DNA from: Leucoraja erinacea
Taxonomy: Eukaryota
Direction: 5' to 3'
Assembly (NCBI RefSeq): GCF_028641065.1
Contig: NC_073378.1
Coordinates: forward strand, 85,498,001 to 85,562,000
Length of the DNA: 64,000 bases
Positions 62,041-64,000 of the stretch are shown one piece after another. Within the stretch, counting starts at the first letter, position 1, and the number at the start of each line of letters is the position of its first letter. A program made the position numbers and the translations under genes. The notes under the pieces were generated by a model. That model was not told the origin of the DNA, did no database searches, and saw only the letters and a list, made by a program, of their open reading frames with translations.

Positions 62041-64000
62041 AGACAATAGGTACTGGAGTAGGCCATTCGGCCCTTTAGAGCCAGCACCGCCATTCACTGT
62101 GATCATGGCTGATCATCCACATTCAATACCTTCTGACCATATCTCCTGACTCCGCTATCTTTAAAAGCTCTATCTAACACTCTCTTGAAAGCATCCAGAT
62201 AATTTGCCACCCTTCTGAGGCAGAGACTTCCACAGATTCACAACTCTCGGGGTGAAAATGTTTTTCCTCATCTCCATTCTGAATGGCCTACCCCTTATTC
62301 TTAAACTGTGGCCCCTGGTTCTGTACTCCACCAACATCGGGAACATGTTTCCTGCCTCTAACGTGTCCAATCCCTTAATAATCTTATATGTTCCAATAAG
62401 ATTCCCTCCTCCTTCTAAATTCCAGTGTATACAAGCCCAGCCGCTCCATTCTATCAGCATATGACAGTCTTGCCATCCTGGGAATTAACCTCGTGAACCT
62501 ACTCTGCACTCCCTCAATAGCAAGAATGTCCTTCCTCAAATTAGGAGACCAAAACTGCACACAATACTCCAGGTGTGGTCTCACTAGGGCCCTGTACAAC
62601 CGCAGAAGGAACTATTTGCTCCTATACTGAACTCTTCTTGTTATGAAGGCCAACATGCCATTCGCTTTCTTCACTGCTTACCATGGGCAGAAATCCGGGG
62701 GGTGGGGGGGGGGGGGGGGGGGGGGCACGTCCCTCCCATGTTTTGAGAGGTGGGGGACAATCTCCATGTTTTGTAATCCAAATTTTGAAAAAAATCTATT
62801 AAAATCGCCGCTTTCCATGAGACAGTGGGGGTGTCACTGTTGAGTGCTTGTTAAATGTCTCTATTAACATCGTATTAACACGATGTGTCACCAATTATGT
62901 TTGACCTTCAAGTATTACTGAAGGTCTTCACGGAGAATTTCTTAAAACTGTCTGATGCGGGTACAATTACCATTTGAACTAATTTGATGTATTGGTGGAT
63001 GGGAAGGATTTAAACGGGTATCGGATGTAAACGGGTCAGGTCATTATCGGCTCCGGTCGAATGGGTTTCCTGGCAGGCTTGCAGGTATGTCCCTCATTCA
63101 CGGTCACTCACTCACAATTTAGTTTTTTTTCCCATCTCTCTTTCTCTTCTCCTCTCCAAGGTTGGTACTTGTGTTTGCCTTTATTTGCTTCATTTTTATT
63201 TGTTTGTGTTATTTATCACATTGTAGCCTTTGAAAGGTTCAAGCAGGTATCAGACACTTTCTAAGGGCTGAATCAGCCCGTTCGCGGGGCCTTTCATCAC
63301 CTCGCTCGGCTTAAAATCAAACTACTGCATTGAGACAATCGAAGCTCCTGATATTGAAGTCCACGCCAGCCGATTTTAAGCAGTGCCGGGTGATGAAAGA
63401 CCCCGTGAACGGGCTGATTCAAGCCCCATGATTCGGGGCAGACAAAGCTGCTGTTGCAGGAGTTCGGAGTCAGTCACCAACCTGGTAAGCTCCCAAATGT
63501 TACCATCCACAGGGCCCACGGCTGAACCCTCCAAAGCCTTGCGTGTGTGCGTGCGCTTATGTGCACATGCACGTACGCAAGGCCACCAAGAAATTGGGTC
63601 CCCCCCCATGTTTTGATAGCGATTTCCGCCCCTGCTGCCTGCTGAACCTGCATGCTTACTTTCAGTGACTGATGAACAAGCACCCTCCAGATCTCGCTGT
63701 ACTCTCCCTTTTCCCAACTTGACACCATTCAGATAATAATCTGCCTTCCTATTTTTGCCATCAAAGTGGATAACCTCACATTTATCCACATTAAACTGCA
63801 TCTGCCATGCATCTGCCCACTCACCCAACCTGTACAAGTCACCCTGTATCCTCACAGCATCCTCCTCACAGTTCACACTGCCACCCAGCTTTGTGTCATC
63901 TGCAAATTTGCTATTGTTACTTTTAACCCTGCCCTCTAAATCATTAAAGTATATTATAAATAACTGCGGTCCCAGCACCGAGCTTGTGGTACCCCACTAG
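62041..64000 (-). mobile_element. CR1/HER1-like LINE split by MITE 62682-63634
   Basis: ORFs 62170-62460, 62384-62599 and 63376-63978; tail agacaatagg. Confidence 0.9.
62682..63634. mobile_element. hAT-like MITE inserted in a CR1/HER1 copy
   Basis: TIR catgggcagaaatc / gatttccgcccctg. Degenerate 8-bp TSD ctgcttac / ctgcctgc. The CR1 sequence resumes in register after the element. Confidence 0.8.

Overview
Eukaryotic (vertebrate) genomic DNA, most likely a cartilaginous fish such as a skate or ray, inferred from its HE1-like SINEs and HER1-like CR1 LINEs. The whole window lies inside one gene on the + strand, beta-chimaerin (CHN2, a Rac-GAP with SH2 and C1 domains). Six internal coding exons with canonical AG/GT boundaries and compatible phases are visible: 499-554, 6199-6230, 8452-8565, 13375-13660, 51724-51801 and 61477-61561. 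There is also an in-frame 5' extension of the fifth visible exon (ATG at 51556), equivalent to the SH2-less beta1/alpha1 short-isoform first exon. The introns are dense with mobile elements: CR1/HER1 LINEs, HE1-like SINEs, Rex/Babar, Tx1, L1, RTE, a HERO-like RLE retrotransposon, Penelope-like elements (PLE), non-autonomous Helitrons and several MITEs. The most notable observations are: (1) a dispersed PLE-derived family carrying a minimal hammerhead-ribozyme motif, some copies as fold-back insertions with their own TSDs; (2) an unannotated-looking 47-nt candidate exon that would give either a poison exon or an MGKITS-starting, potentially myristoylated short chimaerin; (3) an L1 with a twin-priming 5' inversion; (4) a TAG...CTA DNA transposon with 7-bp TSDs; (5) a decayed coding-like repeat of unknown origin. 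Family names and human-protein comparisons come from memory of motifs, not database searches. Repeat boundaries without TSDs are approximate.
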